A stretch of DNA of 64,000 nucleotides from Eledone cirrhosa (taxonomy: Eukaryota): assembly GCA_964016885.1 (NCBI GenBank), contig OZ024765.1:14880001-14944000 (forward strand), in the 5' to 3' direction. The position numbers and the translations under genes were made by a program. Shown piece after piece: positions 32,927-45,539 of the stretch (within the stretch, counting starts at the first letter, position 1; every line of letters starts with the position of its first letter). The notes under the pieces are model-generated. The model was not told the DNA's origin, did no database searches, and saw only the letters and a program-made list of their open reading frames with translations.

Positions 32927-34890
32927 TTATTGCTACTGGTGTTGCTGTTATTGTTGTTGTTGCTGCTGTTATTGAATGTTGTTCTTGTTATTGTTGCTGT
33001 TGTTGTTGTTATTGCTACTGGTGTTGCTGTTATTGTTGTTGTTTCTGCTGTTATTGAATGTTGTTCTTGTTATTTTTGCAGTTGTTGTTGTTATTGCTAC
33101 TGGTGTTGCTGTTATTGTTGTTGTCCCTCCTGTTATTGAATGTTGTTCTTGTTATTGTTGCTGTTGCTATCGTTGTTGTTGATATTGCAGCTGCTTTTGC
33201 TGTTGTCATTGTTGTTGCAGCTATTATTGTTGCCGCTGGTATTGCTGTTGTTGTTGTTGTTGGTAGGGGTGTTGTAGTGGCGGTGGTGGGGGTGTTGTGG
33301 TGGGGGTGGGGGTGGGGTGTTGTGGTGGTGGTGGTGGGGATGGTGTTGTGGTGGTGTTGGTGGTGGTGGTGGTTGGGGTGTTGTTGTTGTGGTGGTGGTG
33401 GTGGTGGTAGTGGAGGGGGGGGGCTGTTTCTTTGAAGTTACTGGAAAGAAGTTTACTGAATTGAGCGTTCAATTAACTCTTAGAGACGACGAAACGACGG
33501 TAATACTGACACTGTTGATGGTGATGCTGATGATGATAATGATATCGATGACGATGATGATACTTATGATGATGATGATGATGATGACGATGACGATGAA
33601 GACGATGACGACGATGATGATGGTGATGATGACCATAGTGGCGATGGTGATGATAACGATGATGATGATGATGATGATGGTGATGATGACGATGATGGAG
33701 ATCAATGTGATCATGATGATGATGATGACGATGATGGACATCATGGTGATGATGATGACGCTGGTGATGCAGATGATGATGGTGACTGTGATGGTGATGT
33801 CAATGATGGTTCATTATGATGATGACGGTGATGTCAATGATGGAGATCATGGTCATGATGGTCATGATGGTGATGGTGATATGTGATGGTGATGGTGATA
33901 TGTGATGGTGATGGTGATGGTGATGATGATGGTGATGGTGATGTTGATATGTGATGGTGATATGTGATGGTGATGGTGATGGTGATGATGATATGTGATG
34001 ATTATGGTGATGATGATATGTGATGGTGATATGTGATGGTGATGATGATATGTGATGGTGATGATGATATGTGATGGTGATGATGATGGTGATGATGTTG
34101 ATATGTGATGGTGAAGGTGATGGTGATATGTGATGGTGATGGTGATATGTGATGGTGATATGTGATGGTGATGATGATATGTGACGGTGATGATGATGGT
34201 GATGATGTTGATATGTGATGGTGATGGTGATGGTGATATGTGATGGTGATGATTATCATGACGGTGATGTCAATGATGGAGATCATGGTAATAATGGTGG
34301 TGATGGTGATGGTGATATGTGATGGTGATGGTGATATGTGATGGTGATGGTGATATGTGATGGTGATGATGATATGTGATGGTGATGGTGATATGTGATG
34401 GTGATGATGATATGTGATGGTGATGGTGATGGTGATATGTGATGGTGATGGTGATGGTGATATGTGATGGTGATGATTATCATGACGGTGATGTCAATGA
34501 TGGAGATCATGGTAATAATGGTGGTGATGGTGATGGTGATATGTGATGGTGATGGTGATATGTGATGGTGATGGTGATATGTGATGGTGATGGTGATATG
34601 TGATGGTGATGATGATATGTGATGGTGATGGTGATATGTGATGGTGATATGTGATGGTGATATGTGATGGTGATATGTGATGGTGATGGTGATTATGATG
34701 GTGATGATTATGATGACGGTGATGTCAATGATGGAGATCAAGGTAATAATGGTGGTGATGGTGATGGTGATATGTGATGGTGATGGTGATGATGATGGTG
34801 ATGATTATGGTGACGGTGATGTCAATGATGGAGATCAAGGTAATAATGATGGTGATGGTGATGGTGATACGTGATGGTGATGGTAATGGT
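32500..34890. repeat. Compound trinucleotide block: (GTT/GCT)n, (GGT)n, (GAT)n, then (GATGGT/GATATGT)n with internal duplications
   Basis: Direct inspection; GACGGTGATGTCAATGATGGAGATCA recurs at ~33823, 34260, 34483, 34713 and 34812. Confidence 0.95.
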
Positions 34891-35073
34891 ACTTATGCAA
34901 ATGAAGTCTACTAATGTGTTACACCATAAGTAGCAATGCTAGAAAGAGTTTCTACAATTGTCTCAGAAAGTGACTAGAATCAGTAGTAAAGAATTGATAG
35001 GTTTTTGATTAAGTACACTTAGGAGAATGACTTGCGAAATATATTGTGTGTGTATACTCACACACACGTGTAT

Positions 35074-35266
<193 letters not shown>

Positions 35267-35270
35267 TACG

Positions 35271-35316
<46 letters not shown>

Positions 35317-35319
35317 TAC

Positions 35320-35354
<35 letters not shown>

Positions 35355-35594
35355 CACATACATATATATATATACATACACATATATATACACACACACA
35401 CATATATATATATATATACATACACATATATACACACACATATATATATATACACACACATTATATATATATACACACACATATATATATATATACACAC
35501 ACATATATATATATACACACACACATATATATATATGCATATACATATATATATATACATATACATATATATGAACACATACACATATATATAC

Positions 35595-35707
<113 letters not shown>

Positions 35708-36179
35708 CATATATATATATACACACATATATATATATATACATATACACACCATCACACATGAGCAGACACACATACACACAGTCACATATATACACAG
35801 ATACACCCAGATACCGATATACACGTGTACAGTGACATACACATCTGGACATACACATGGACACACTTACACACATACACAGTCATAAACAGACACACAC
35901 ATATGTAAGCAAATACTTGGATATAGAACAAGGAATGCAAGTTCGTCAGACATAGATGTGATGGGTACACACGCACACATATATATATATATCTATATAT
36001 ATGTATAGGTATATATCTATATATATATAATGTGTGTTAGCGTGTGTAAGAGAGAGAAAAAGTGTATATATATACCTAGCACTCATTCGTTTTAACGAGA
36101 GAAACCAGACAATGTATACACACTGTCTCCCTCTCTCTCAAACACACACACACATATATTTATATATATATACATACAC

Positions 36180-36234
<55 letters not shown>

Positions 36235-36257
36235 TATATATATACATATATATATAT

Positions 36258-36328
<71 letters not shown>

Positions 36329-36389
36329 TATATAAATGTATATATATACATATATATTTATATATGCATGTATACATATATAGATCCAC

Positions 36390-36440
<51 letters not shown>

Positions 36441-36780
36441 TACACAACCACCATCAACATGTACCTGTTAAAATCATTAAAGATCTTTACATACTAAATA
36501 CCGTTACATCACTTTACCGAAGGCGATGAATTGCGTCTAAATTAACGACTCTGAAAAAAGGATTCCATTGAAAGTATATAAAAACAAAAATGATAACGCG
36601 TTCTCTTAGTTTCGTGCCGTTATTCAACTTCCTACTTTTACATGAACCGTTGAAATCTTGCAATGACTTGTAACATTGTCACACATTCTAACAAGTCTTT
36701 GCATAGTTATGTCATATGTTATATGTTATATGGTTAAAATATAGATATATATATATCTCGCTCTAACTCTCTCTTTTTAT

Positions 36781-36859
<79 letters not shown>

Positions 36860-37045
36860 GTATATATATATATAAATATGTGTGTATATATATATATATG
36901 TTTGTGTGTGCGTGAGTGTATCTGTTGTGCATACACACATATAGATATATAGATATATATGGATAAATCCATACTTATATATATATTTTTATGTATACAT
37001 ATATATATATATATGTGTATATAAATATATGTATATATATATATG

Positions 37046-37091
<46 letters not shown>

Positions 37092-37129
37092 CGTATACAT
37101 ATATATATGTGTGTGTATATATATATATA

Positions 37130-37168
<39 letters not shown>

Positions 37169-37210
37169 ATTAATATATATATACATACATATATATATAT
37201 ACATATATGT

Positions 37211-37271
<61 letters not shown>

Positions 37272-37635
37272 CATATATATATAAGTATTGTTTTATCCAT
37301 ATATATATATGTGTATGATTGTGTATATGTGTCTCTGAGTGTATATATATGTGTATATCTCATCACCTATATACTATATTAATATGTAATATCAATAAGT
37401 AATATGTCACAACTCTCCTAAACTGTCAGACATGTTTGATATCTAAATGCAAGATGGCGCTTGACTTCTGCCGTCATCCAATTCTGACGTACGTTGTCAA
37501 TGGATAATTAAAGTCATTGTCTTCACAAAAAGAACCATATTATCACAGCTGCTCTTGATACAATGGATCGAACTTACCAATGCTTGATACAAGATGCAAT
37601 ATTAATGCTTATACACACACACACACACACACACG

Positions 37636-37710
<75 letters not shown>

Positions 37711-37762
37711 ATATATATGTACGTATAATATAAGATCAAAAGATGGTTAAAGGAGTTCCATG

Positions 37763-37833
37763 TATTTTATTATGCGCATTTCAAAAACAAACATCATCAT
37801 GCAATAATATTTGTGTTTTCATCAGATAAAACA
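37763..37833 (-). ncRNA. Type I hammerhead ribozyme (family E copy within element 37725-37995)
   Basis: Reverse complement reads tgttttat-CTGATGA-aaacacaaatattattgcatgatgatgtttgtttt-t-GAAA-tgcgca-TA-ataaaata. Confidence 0.85.
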
Positions 37834-38109
37834 GGAGAACATGATATGAAGGCTAAAAAACACTTGTGGATAGTGCAGTTTTAATTCAACATTTTGATCT
37901 TATATTATGTATACTCCAGTCCTACAAACTGTAGAGTGCTTCTTATCCGATATCTGCATTGCTTTATTGTACTACAATAAAACTCACCTCCTACATATGT
38001 ATGTATATATATATATATATATATATAATATAAACAGCAATAACAACACAATCGGTACAGTATATGGAAGGGATATATTAGGTTAACTCTTAATATAGCA
38101 GGAAGAGGG

Positions 38110-38145
38110 TCTTAACGTTTCGGACACTAGTCCTTCATCAGAAGA
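38110..38145 (-). ncRNA. Minimal type I hammerhead ribozyme (family H)
   Basis: Reverse complement reads tctt-CTGATGA-a-ggac-tagt-gtcc-GAAA-cg-TT-aaga; palindromic ACGT helix III. Confidence 0.88.
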
Positions 38146-38565
38146 AACAATGAGAAATAAGATAGATTGAGGGGACGGGCGGGTTGGAATTGGAGACAAT
38201 GTCTTTAGATAAAAATAACAGGTCCATTCATGTTGACAACCAAAAGTTTCACGTCTCTGGTGAGCTCACCTGTCTTTGTGAGACCTTTGGTAAATGGAGT
38301 AATTTTATTGTGCTGTTTATTACATACTTAAATAGCTCTGTGGCATACATAGAGCACGCTTCCTTCCTTTACCCTTTCTTCAGAAATACTTCATCTATAT
38401 ATATATATGTAGATAAATCTACCAAAATATACGGTAGTGTCCAATCCGTATGATACTATTCTATCATCTTGACCACTTACTACCTTTCTATTGGTCAATT
38501 CAAAACCTGTTCCCAAACAGACCTATTATATTAAATCTTTGTTGGTTTTTTTCAATAAACAAATA

Positions 38566-38703
38566 TCATTATTTCTGAAGACAGCATATATATGTGTAGG
38601 TATGTATATTCCCTCTGGTCGTTTGTTAACATTTTGCATAGATCTATATGATATACATACCAACACACACATATATATCCTAGAAACGATCGTAAAATGA
38701 TGA
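38566..38703 (+). ncRNA. Type I hammerhead with long helix II (family F)
   Basis: tcattattt-CTGAAGA-...-GAAA-cgatcg-TA-aaatgatga; 9-bp helix I. Confidence 0.78.
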
Positions 38704-38753
38704 ATTTTTAAATATAAGGAACTGTTTCTTTGATTTTATTAATATTTTTATTA

Positions 38754-38807
<54 letters not shown>

Positions 38808-38861
38808 CTCTGATACAATCAACACCATAAACACAGATTTGGCATATCTAAGAACTGACTA

Positions 38862-38917
38862 ACTGCCTGATGAGGTCATAGCCACTCAATGGCTATCATC
38901 GAAATATATATAGCAGT
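38862..38917 (+). ncRNA. Type I hammerhead ribozyme (family I)
   Basis: actgc-CTGATGA-ggtc-atagcca-ctcaa-tggctat-catc-GAAA-tatata-TA-gcagt. Confidence 0.88.
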
Positions 38918-38958
38918 AAATAAAGGATTATGAGTTCATGCAATTGACTTATGTTTTG

Positions 38959-38997
<39 letters not shown>

Positions 38998-39004
<7 letters not shown>

Positions 39005-39640
39005 AATATCTTTAAGTCGTTTGGAAGCCTCGACAATGCAAATGGGTAAATCTCCGGGTAACAAGGTCCGATGGTGGAGAGAGAGATGTAAGTGGGTGTA
39101 CGTTGAGATGCGTGGTGTGTATAAGATGTGTGAGATGTGTAGAATGAAGGGAAGAGTATAAAGGATAAAAAAAATAACAATACAAGAGAGAGTTACCTTG
39201 GGAGAGATTTAATAGTCCCTATATATTTCGGATTCACAACCATCAATTGGGGTTTTTTTCCGGGGTGGGGGAAAAGGTTGTCTGTCGGACAAGTCCGGAA
39301 CGCGTCCTTCGCTGTTTGTTGTGTTGAATATCAAAACAACAAACAGAGAAGGACGCGTTCCGGACTTGTCTCCCGGAAAAAAACCCAGTTGATGGATGTG
39401 AATCCGAAATATATAGGGACTATTAAATATCTCCCAAGGTAACTCTCTCTTGTGTTGTTATTTTAATTTTATCCTTTATACTCTTCCCTTCATTCTACAC
39501 ATCTCACACATCTTATACACACCACGCATCTCAACGTACACCCACTTACATCTCTCTCTCCACCATCGGACCTTGTTACCCGGAGATTTACCCATTTGCA
39601 TTGTCGAGGCTTCCAAACGACTCAAAGATATTTACATATA
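38998..39640. mobile_element. Family J ~640 bp palindrome with hammerhead GAAA-halves
   Basis: Mirror-image arms (ORFs 38962-39180 and 39450-39674 are near-identical); ATCC-GAAA-tata-TA-GGGAC at ~39402-39420 and its mirror at ~39215-39233. Confidence 0.9.
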
Positions 39641-39851
39641 TATATATATATATATATATAGGGACGAAACATAAGTCAATTGCATGAACTCATAATCCTT
39701 TACTTACTGCTATATATATTTCAATGATAGCCATTGAGTGGCTATGACCGATATTTAACCCTGTAGGCACAAGTATTGAGCACAAATGCACCAGCTTATG
39801 GCAACTAACTATATGTATCACCTCTCCCTATAAACCTTCTACTCTCTCACG

Positions 39852-39884
<33 letters not shown>

Positions 39885-40131
39885 GTGAAGTAATTCCGTC
39901 GGAAAGGTCCAGGAAAAAAGAGTGCTCTATGTAGGTTACAGTGCTTAATAGTTATGTAATAAACAACATAATTATTGACATTGGATTTTAAAATCATATG
40001 ACATAGGTTTTTAAAATCCAATGTCAATAAATACACCAGGATTTTGTTCATTCCGATGATTGAAAGCAGAATTTGTTTGCTTTCAAGAAACCACTGGTAA
40101 ATGAAATAATCGCCTTATGTTGTTTATTACA

Positions 40132-40201
<70 letters not shown>

Positions 40202-40355
40202 AACAGAGATTGTGCATAACTGTAGCCGATAATTGTAGTACATATCTATGTTAGTAAATTAAGTAAATATGTCCAAGTGACAATATTTAAATGGTGAGAT
40301 TATCAGAGAAAGCGGTCGGATATTTAACAAGACAGATTTACGAATGTCATTTGTA

Positions 40356-41430
40356 AGTCTTCTTCTTCAGCCACTTATACCTGAGAGCGTCATGGGGAGG
40401 GTAGAGTCATCAATCAATCCTTCTAGAGGGTCCTGTCGGAAGAAAAACTCTCCACCGGATCCAGCTCTATATCCATGGGAGAACAACCGAGCTCATGGAT
40501 GTTATCCAACCATCTTGCTCGGGGTGGATCTACCTCACGGTCGCCTGCAGGATGGTTTTTGCCAGTGAAATCTGTCCAGCGATTCTTTCTTGAGTCATTC
40601 TAACCACATGTCCATTGTATCAGAGCTGTGATTTCTCAATTAGGAGAAGGAGCAGCTCTACCTGGAGTGACTCTCTGATATCCGAGCTACAAATCTGTCC
40701 AGCGATTCTTTCTTGAGTCATTCTAACCACATGTCCATAGTATCAGAGCTGTGATTTCTCAATTAGGAGAAGGAGCAGCTCTACCTGGAGTGACTTTCTG
40801 ATATCCGAGCTACAAATATATCCAGAAATTCTTTCCTGAGACATTCTAACCACATGCCCATAGTATGGGAGCTGTGATTTCTCAATTAGGAGAAGGAGCA
40901 GCTCTACCTGGAGTGACTCTCTGATATCCGAGCTACAAATATATCCAGCGATTCTTTCCTGAGACATTCTAACCACATGTCCATAGTATCAGAGCAGTGA
41001 TCTCTCAATTTGGAGAAGTAGCAGCTCTACCTGGAGTGACTCTCTGATATCCGAGCTACAAATCTGTCCAGTGATTCTTTCCTGAGACATTCTAACGACA
41101 TGTCCATAGTATCAGAGCTGTGATCTCTCAATTTGGAGAAGTGGCAGCTCTACCTGGAGTGACTCTCTGATCTCTGAGCTATAAATCTGCCCAGCGATTC
41201 TTTCCTGAGACATTCTAACCACATGCCCATAGTATCAGAGCTCGACCTGAAGTGACTCTCAGATTTCGGAGGTACGGACTTTATCGAGTAACCTTATATC
41301 AAAGACCCATCGGAGGAATCCAATTTCGACCGATAGTATTTGCGATGGGATTCTTTCGGCCACTACCCAAAATTCCTGACCATAGGTATGGGTTGGCAAG
41401 AAAACCGAATTGAAGATATCAAGATTGGTT
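40356..41430 (-). mobile_element. RTE-like LINE 3' fragment with a 123-bp tandem array (~5.5 copies) and a short (GAA)n tail
   Basis: FNSVFLPTHTYGQEFW..VEIGFLRWVFDIRLLDKV..; unit SSDIRESLQVELLLLLIEKSQLPYYGHVVRMSQERIAGYIC; same family as 17420-18875. Confidence 0.88.
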
Positions 41431-41871
41431 TTTACGCTATTAGTAGGTGGAACGTTACAGATCTACCGACATTTCTAAAGCTTAACCTGTAACATTTATC
41501 GATTTCTTTATACAAATTCCAGTGACGAAGCTTTGTTCCATTGTTAGAAATCAGCTTCTTCCTTCAAGGCAGAATTAAGCTAATTATAAAAACCAACATA
41601 AAAAACAATACACACACACATAGATACATACATATGTATACATACATACATACATACATACATACATACATACATACATAATATATATTATTGATACAAT
41701 CAGAAACACACACATATATGGCATTGAATAAAGATAAAACATAATATATCAAATTATGTATATATATATATATATAATGTGTGTGTGTGTGTGTGTATGT
41801 GTGTGTGTGTATATATGTATGTGCATATGTGTGAGTCAGTGTGTGTGCATAAACATATATAATACATATCC

Positions 41872-41903
<32 letters not shown>

Positions 41904-41932
41904 ATATGTGTGTATGTCTACACACATATGTC

Positions 41933-41995
<63 letters not shown>

Positions 41996-42294
41996 ATACG
42001 TGTGTGTATCTCCATATATATGTGTGTGTGTGTATATATATGTATGTGTATGTGAGCATATCTCTCTCTCTATATATAATTCTATCTGTATATCTACATA
42101 TATTTACATATACGTCTGCATATAAGTCTCTGTATATATATATGTGTTTGTGTGTGTGTATTTCCCTATGTATATATGTGTTTGTGTATGTCTCTATGCA
42201 TATATGAGTATGTGTGTGTATGTATCTATGTATATATGAGTATGTGTGTGTATGTGTCTATGTATATATGAGTATATATGTGTATGTAAGTCTC

Positions 42295-42343
<49 letters not shown>

Positions 42344-42414
42344 ATGTGTGGGTGTGTGTATGTATGTATGTCTATATATGTGTATATATGGGTATGTATG
42401 TGTATGTAAGTCAA

Positions 42415-42460
<46 letters not shown>

Positions 42461-42674
42461 TATATACGTGTGTATGTGTGTGTGTGTGTCTATGCATGTA
42501 TGTGTATATACGTGTATATATGTGTATATATGAGTATGTATGTGTCTGTGTGTAAGTCTTCAATTTCAAGATATCTTTTGATTCCTTCTCACTCACGACA
42601 AATCTGGCAACAGTAAAAACGATATTCTTAGTTTCATTAAGGTTTAATTTTTCATGTGGGGCGGGGAAGGGGTA

Positions 42675-43342
42675 GGAATGATGGAGAGGGGGTGGGGACA
42701 TGGTGAGGAAGGGAGGGGGGGGGGCAGGACTGATGGAGAGGTGGGTGGGGATATGGTGAAGGAGAGGGGGTGGGGACAAAGGTGAAGGAGAAAGGGTAGA
42801 GACATGGTGAGGAAGGGAAGGGGGCAGGACTGATGTGAGAGGTGGGTGGGGATATGGTGAAGGAGAGGTGGTGGGGACAAAGGTGAAGGAGAAAGGGTAG
42901 AGACATGGTGAGGAAGGGAAGGGGGCAGGACTGATGTGAGAGGTGGGTGGGGATATGGTGAAGGAGAGGTGGTGGGGACAAAGGTGAAGGAGAAGGGGTA
43001 GAGACATGGTGAGGAAGGGAAGGGGGCAGGACTGATGGAGAGGTGGGTGGGGATATGGTGAAGGAGAGGGGGTGGGGACACAGGTGAAGGAGAAGGGGTA
43101 GAGACATGGTGAGGAAGGGAAGGGGGCAGGACTGATGGAGAGGTGGGTGGGGATATGGTGCAGCAGAGGGGGTGTGGACAAAGGTGAAGGAGAAGGGGTA
43201 GGGACATGGTGAGGAAGGGAAGGGAGCAGGACTGATGGAGAGGTGGGTGGGGCTATGGTGCAGCAGAGGGGGTGGGGACAAAGGTGAAGGAGAAGGGGTA
43301 GGGACATGGTGAGGAAGGTGAGGGGGGGGGGCAGGACTGATT
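42675..43342. repeat. G-rich minisatellite, ~100-104 bp unit x ~6.5
   Basis: GACATGGTGAGGAAGG recurs at ~42697, 42801, 42902, 43003, 43103, 43203 and 43303. Confidence 0.92.
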
Positions 43343-43529
43343 GAGAGCGGTGTGGGTATCTGGTGAAACAATTGTAATGGTGAAAGGTGATGATGATGAT
43401 GATGATCATGATAATGGCAACGGAGGTGATGGTGGCGAGACGTGTAAAAAAATGGCGGTGGTGTGCTGCTACGTGGGTGAAGATGGAATGGTAGGGGTGT
43501 GCAGTTTCAGATTTACGAAGTGAAATCGG

Positions 43530-43605
<76 letters not shown>

Positions 43606-43698
43606 AGGGGTTGCGTTGAATAATGTACAGCTATCACGTTTCTTTGAGGCATCGTATCTTCTACATCTTCAATAAAAATACACACTACTATATATATA

Positions 43699-43748
<50 letters not shown>

Positions 43749-44111
43749 AAAATATTAATAATTGGAACCTATATTTATAAAACCATAATTATTTTGTTAT
43801 ATATATTTCAAGGGCAACCAAGGCAGTCTATGGTTTTATAAATATGGTTTCCATTTATTAATATATTGAATATTTACTCCAGTAATTTGTTGAGTGCTTT
43901 ATAACAGTTATAAACGTTTAAGCTTGTTGAAATCCCAACAAATTAAATATAACTTCTGCATATATATATATGTAGGAGGTGAGTTTTATTGTAGCACAAT
44001 AAAGCAACGCAAATATCGAATAAGTTGCACTCAACAGTTTATAAGACTGGAGTATAAATAATATAAAATCAAAAGATGGTTAATACATGGAACTCATTTA
44101 ACCATCTTTTG

Positions 44112-44162
<51 letters not shown>

Positions 44163-44295
44163 GTACACACACACATACATATATATATATACATCCAAGA
44201 GATGTCAACATGAATGGACCTGTTATTCTTTATCTAAAGACATTTTTCCAATGTGACCCCGCCTGTCACTTCAGTCTATCTTATTTCTCATTCTT

Positions 44296-44331
44296 TCTTC
44301 TGATGAAGGACTATCGTCCGAAACGTTAAGA
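44296..44331 (+). ncRNA. Minimal type I hammerhead ribozyme (family H)
   Basis: tctt-CTGATGA-a-ggac-tatc-gtcc-GAAA-cg-TT-aaga; differs from the 38110 copy only in loop II. The flanking element ~44200-44400 is homologous to ~38050-38235. Confidence 0.9.
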
Positions 44332-44430
44332 CCCTCTTCCTTCTATTTCAAGCGTTAACCTAATATATCCCTTCCATATTCTGTACCGGTTGTGTTTACC
44401 TTCTACATATATATATATATTTCTGTTTAC

Positions 44431-44479
<49 letters not shown>

Positions 44480-44501
44480 GTATAAAAATCAATACATTAT
44501 A

Positions 44502-44579
44502 ATTACCTCATTACCAGAGGTTTCCCGAAAGAGGCGAATACGAAAGAAACGTCTTCATTCGTTCGTCAGACGAGGCAAT
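44502..44579 (-). ncRNA. Type I hammerhead ribozyme (family C)
   Basis: Reverse complement reads attgcctcgt-CTGACGA-acgaa...ttcgg-GAAA-cc-tct-gg-TA-atgaggtaat; 10-bp helix I. Confidence 0.85.
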
Positions 44580-45019
44580 ATAAAACATGGGTAAATACTT
44601 GGAAAGTCTCATCAAGAAAAGCAAAAAAAGAAAAAAAAAAATATATAGACAAATGAATTAGAATATGAAATATATAAAAAATCTATCAAGAAATATAGTT
44701 AGGTGTGTGTATATGTATGTATATACGCTCACAGATGTGCATATATGTGTATGCACATATGTATACGCATAGTGAAAAAGTGTGCGTAAATATATAATTT
44801 AGGGCAAATGTATCTGTGTATCTGTAATCTACAGACAGAATATATATATCATAAGAATATGAAGGCACGCGCATAAACACACCTACACACACGTACACTT
44901 ATATGCATATAAGTGTAAGTGTGTGTAGGTGTGTTTATGCGCGTGGCTTCATATTCTTATGATGTATCTACTGATACTGTCACTTCAACCCGGAATAACT
45001 TATATATATATGTGTGTGC

Positions 45020-45069
<50 letters not shown>

Positions 45070-45214
45070 GTGTGTGTGTGTAAGTATGCATATATGTATA
45101 TGTGTGAGTTTGTGAATGTGTGTGCGGCGTCTAGTTTGGTACACAATCAGTTCTTATGTGGGTTTCAGTTTTGTCGATCTGCGGTGCAGCTTGCACATGA
45201 AATGACCGTGCTAA

Positions 45215-45430
45215 AGGCTGATCATTTCACAGACACGTGTACTCTCAATGTGAGTCTCAGGGAGATTCAGCGAGACACAGTGTGTGACAAAGCTGGCAAT
45301 TTGAATTACAGTTAGGTCCCTTTTCTGCTTGCTGATTGGCTTGAAGCCACGTGAAATAAAATGTCTTCTTGAAGGAAAAAAACGCACCCCCGGGAATCGA
45401 ACTCTCTACCTTACTCCCCTCAGCTGATTA
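45215..45430 (-). mobile_element. Second tRNA-derived SINE family, diverged
   Basis: B-box-like GTTCGATTCCCGG on the minus strand (~45390-45402); CTCAGGGAGATTCAGCGAGACACAG..GTGACAAAGCTGG body, which I recall from octopus repeats. Confidence 0.6.
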
Positions 45431-45539
45431 CACTATACATATATTGATTATATGTATAAATACAGCGGTGGGGGATAGTCAGAGCGCTGGACATCATGCG
45501 TTGTGGCATAGAGTTACGGCCCTTTACCACCATGTAGGG

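Noticed and set aside
42411-43685. 424-aa proline-rich ORF
   Set aside because: Made of the G-rich minisatellite and TA tracts; overlapping frames are equally open.
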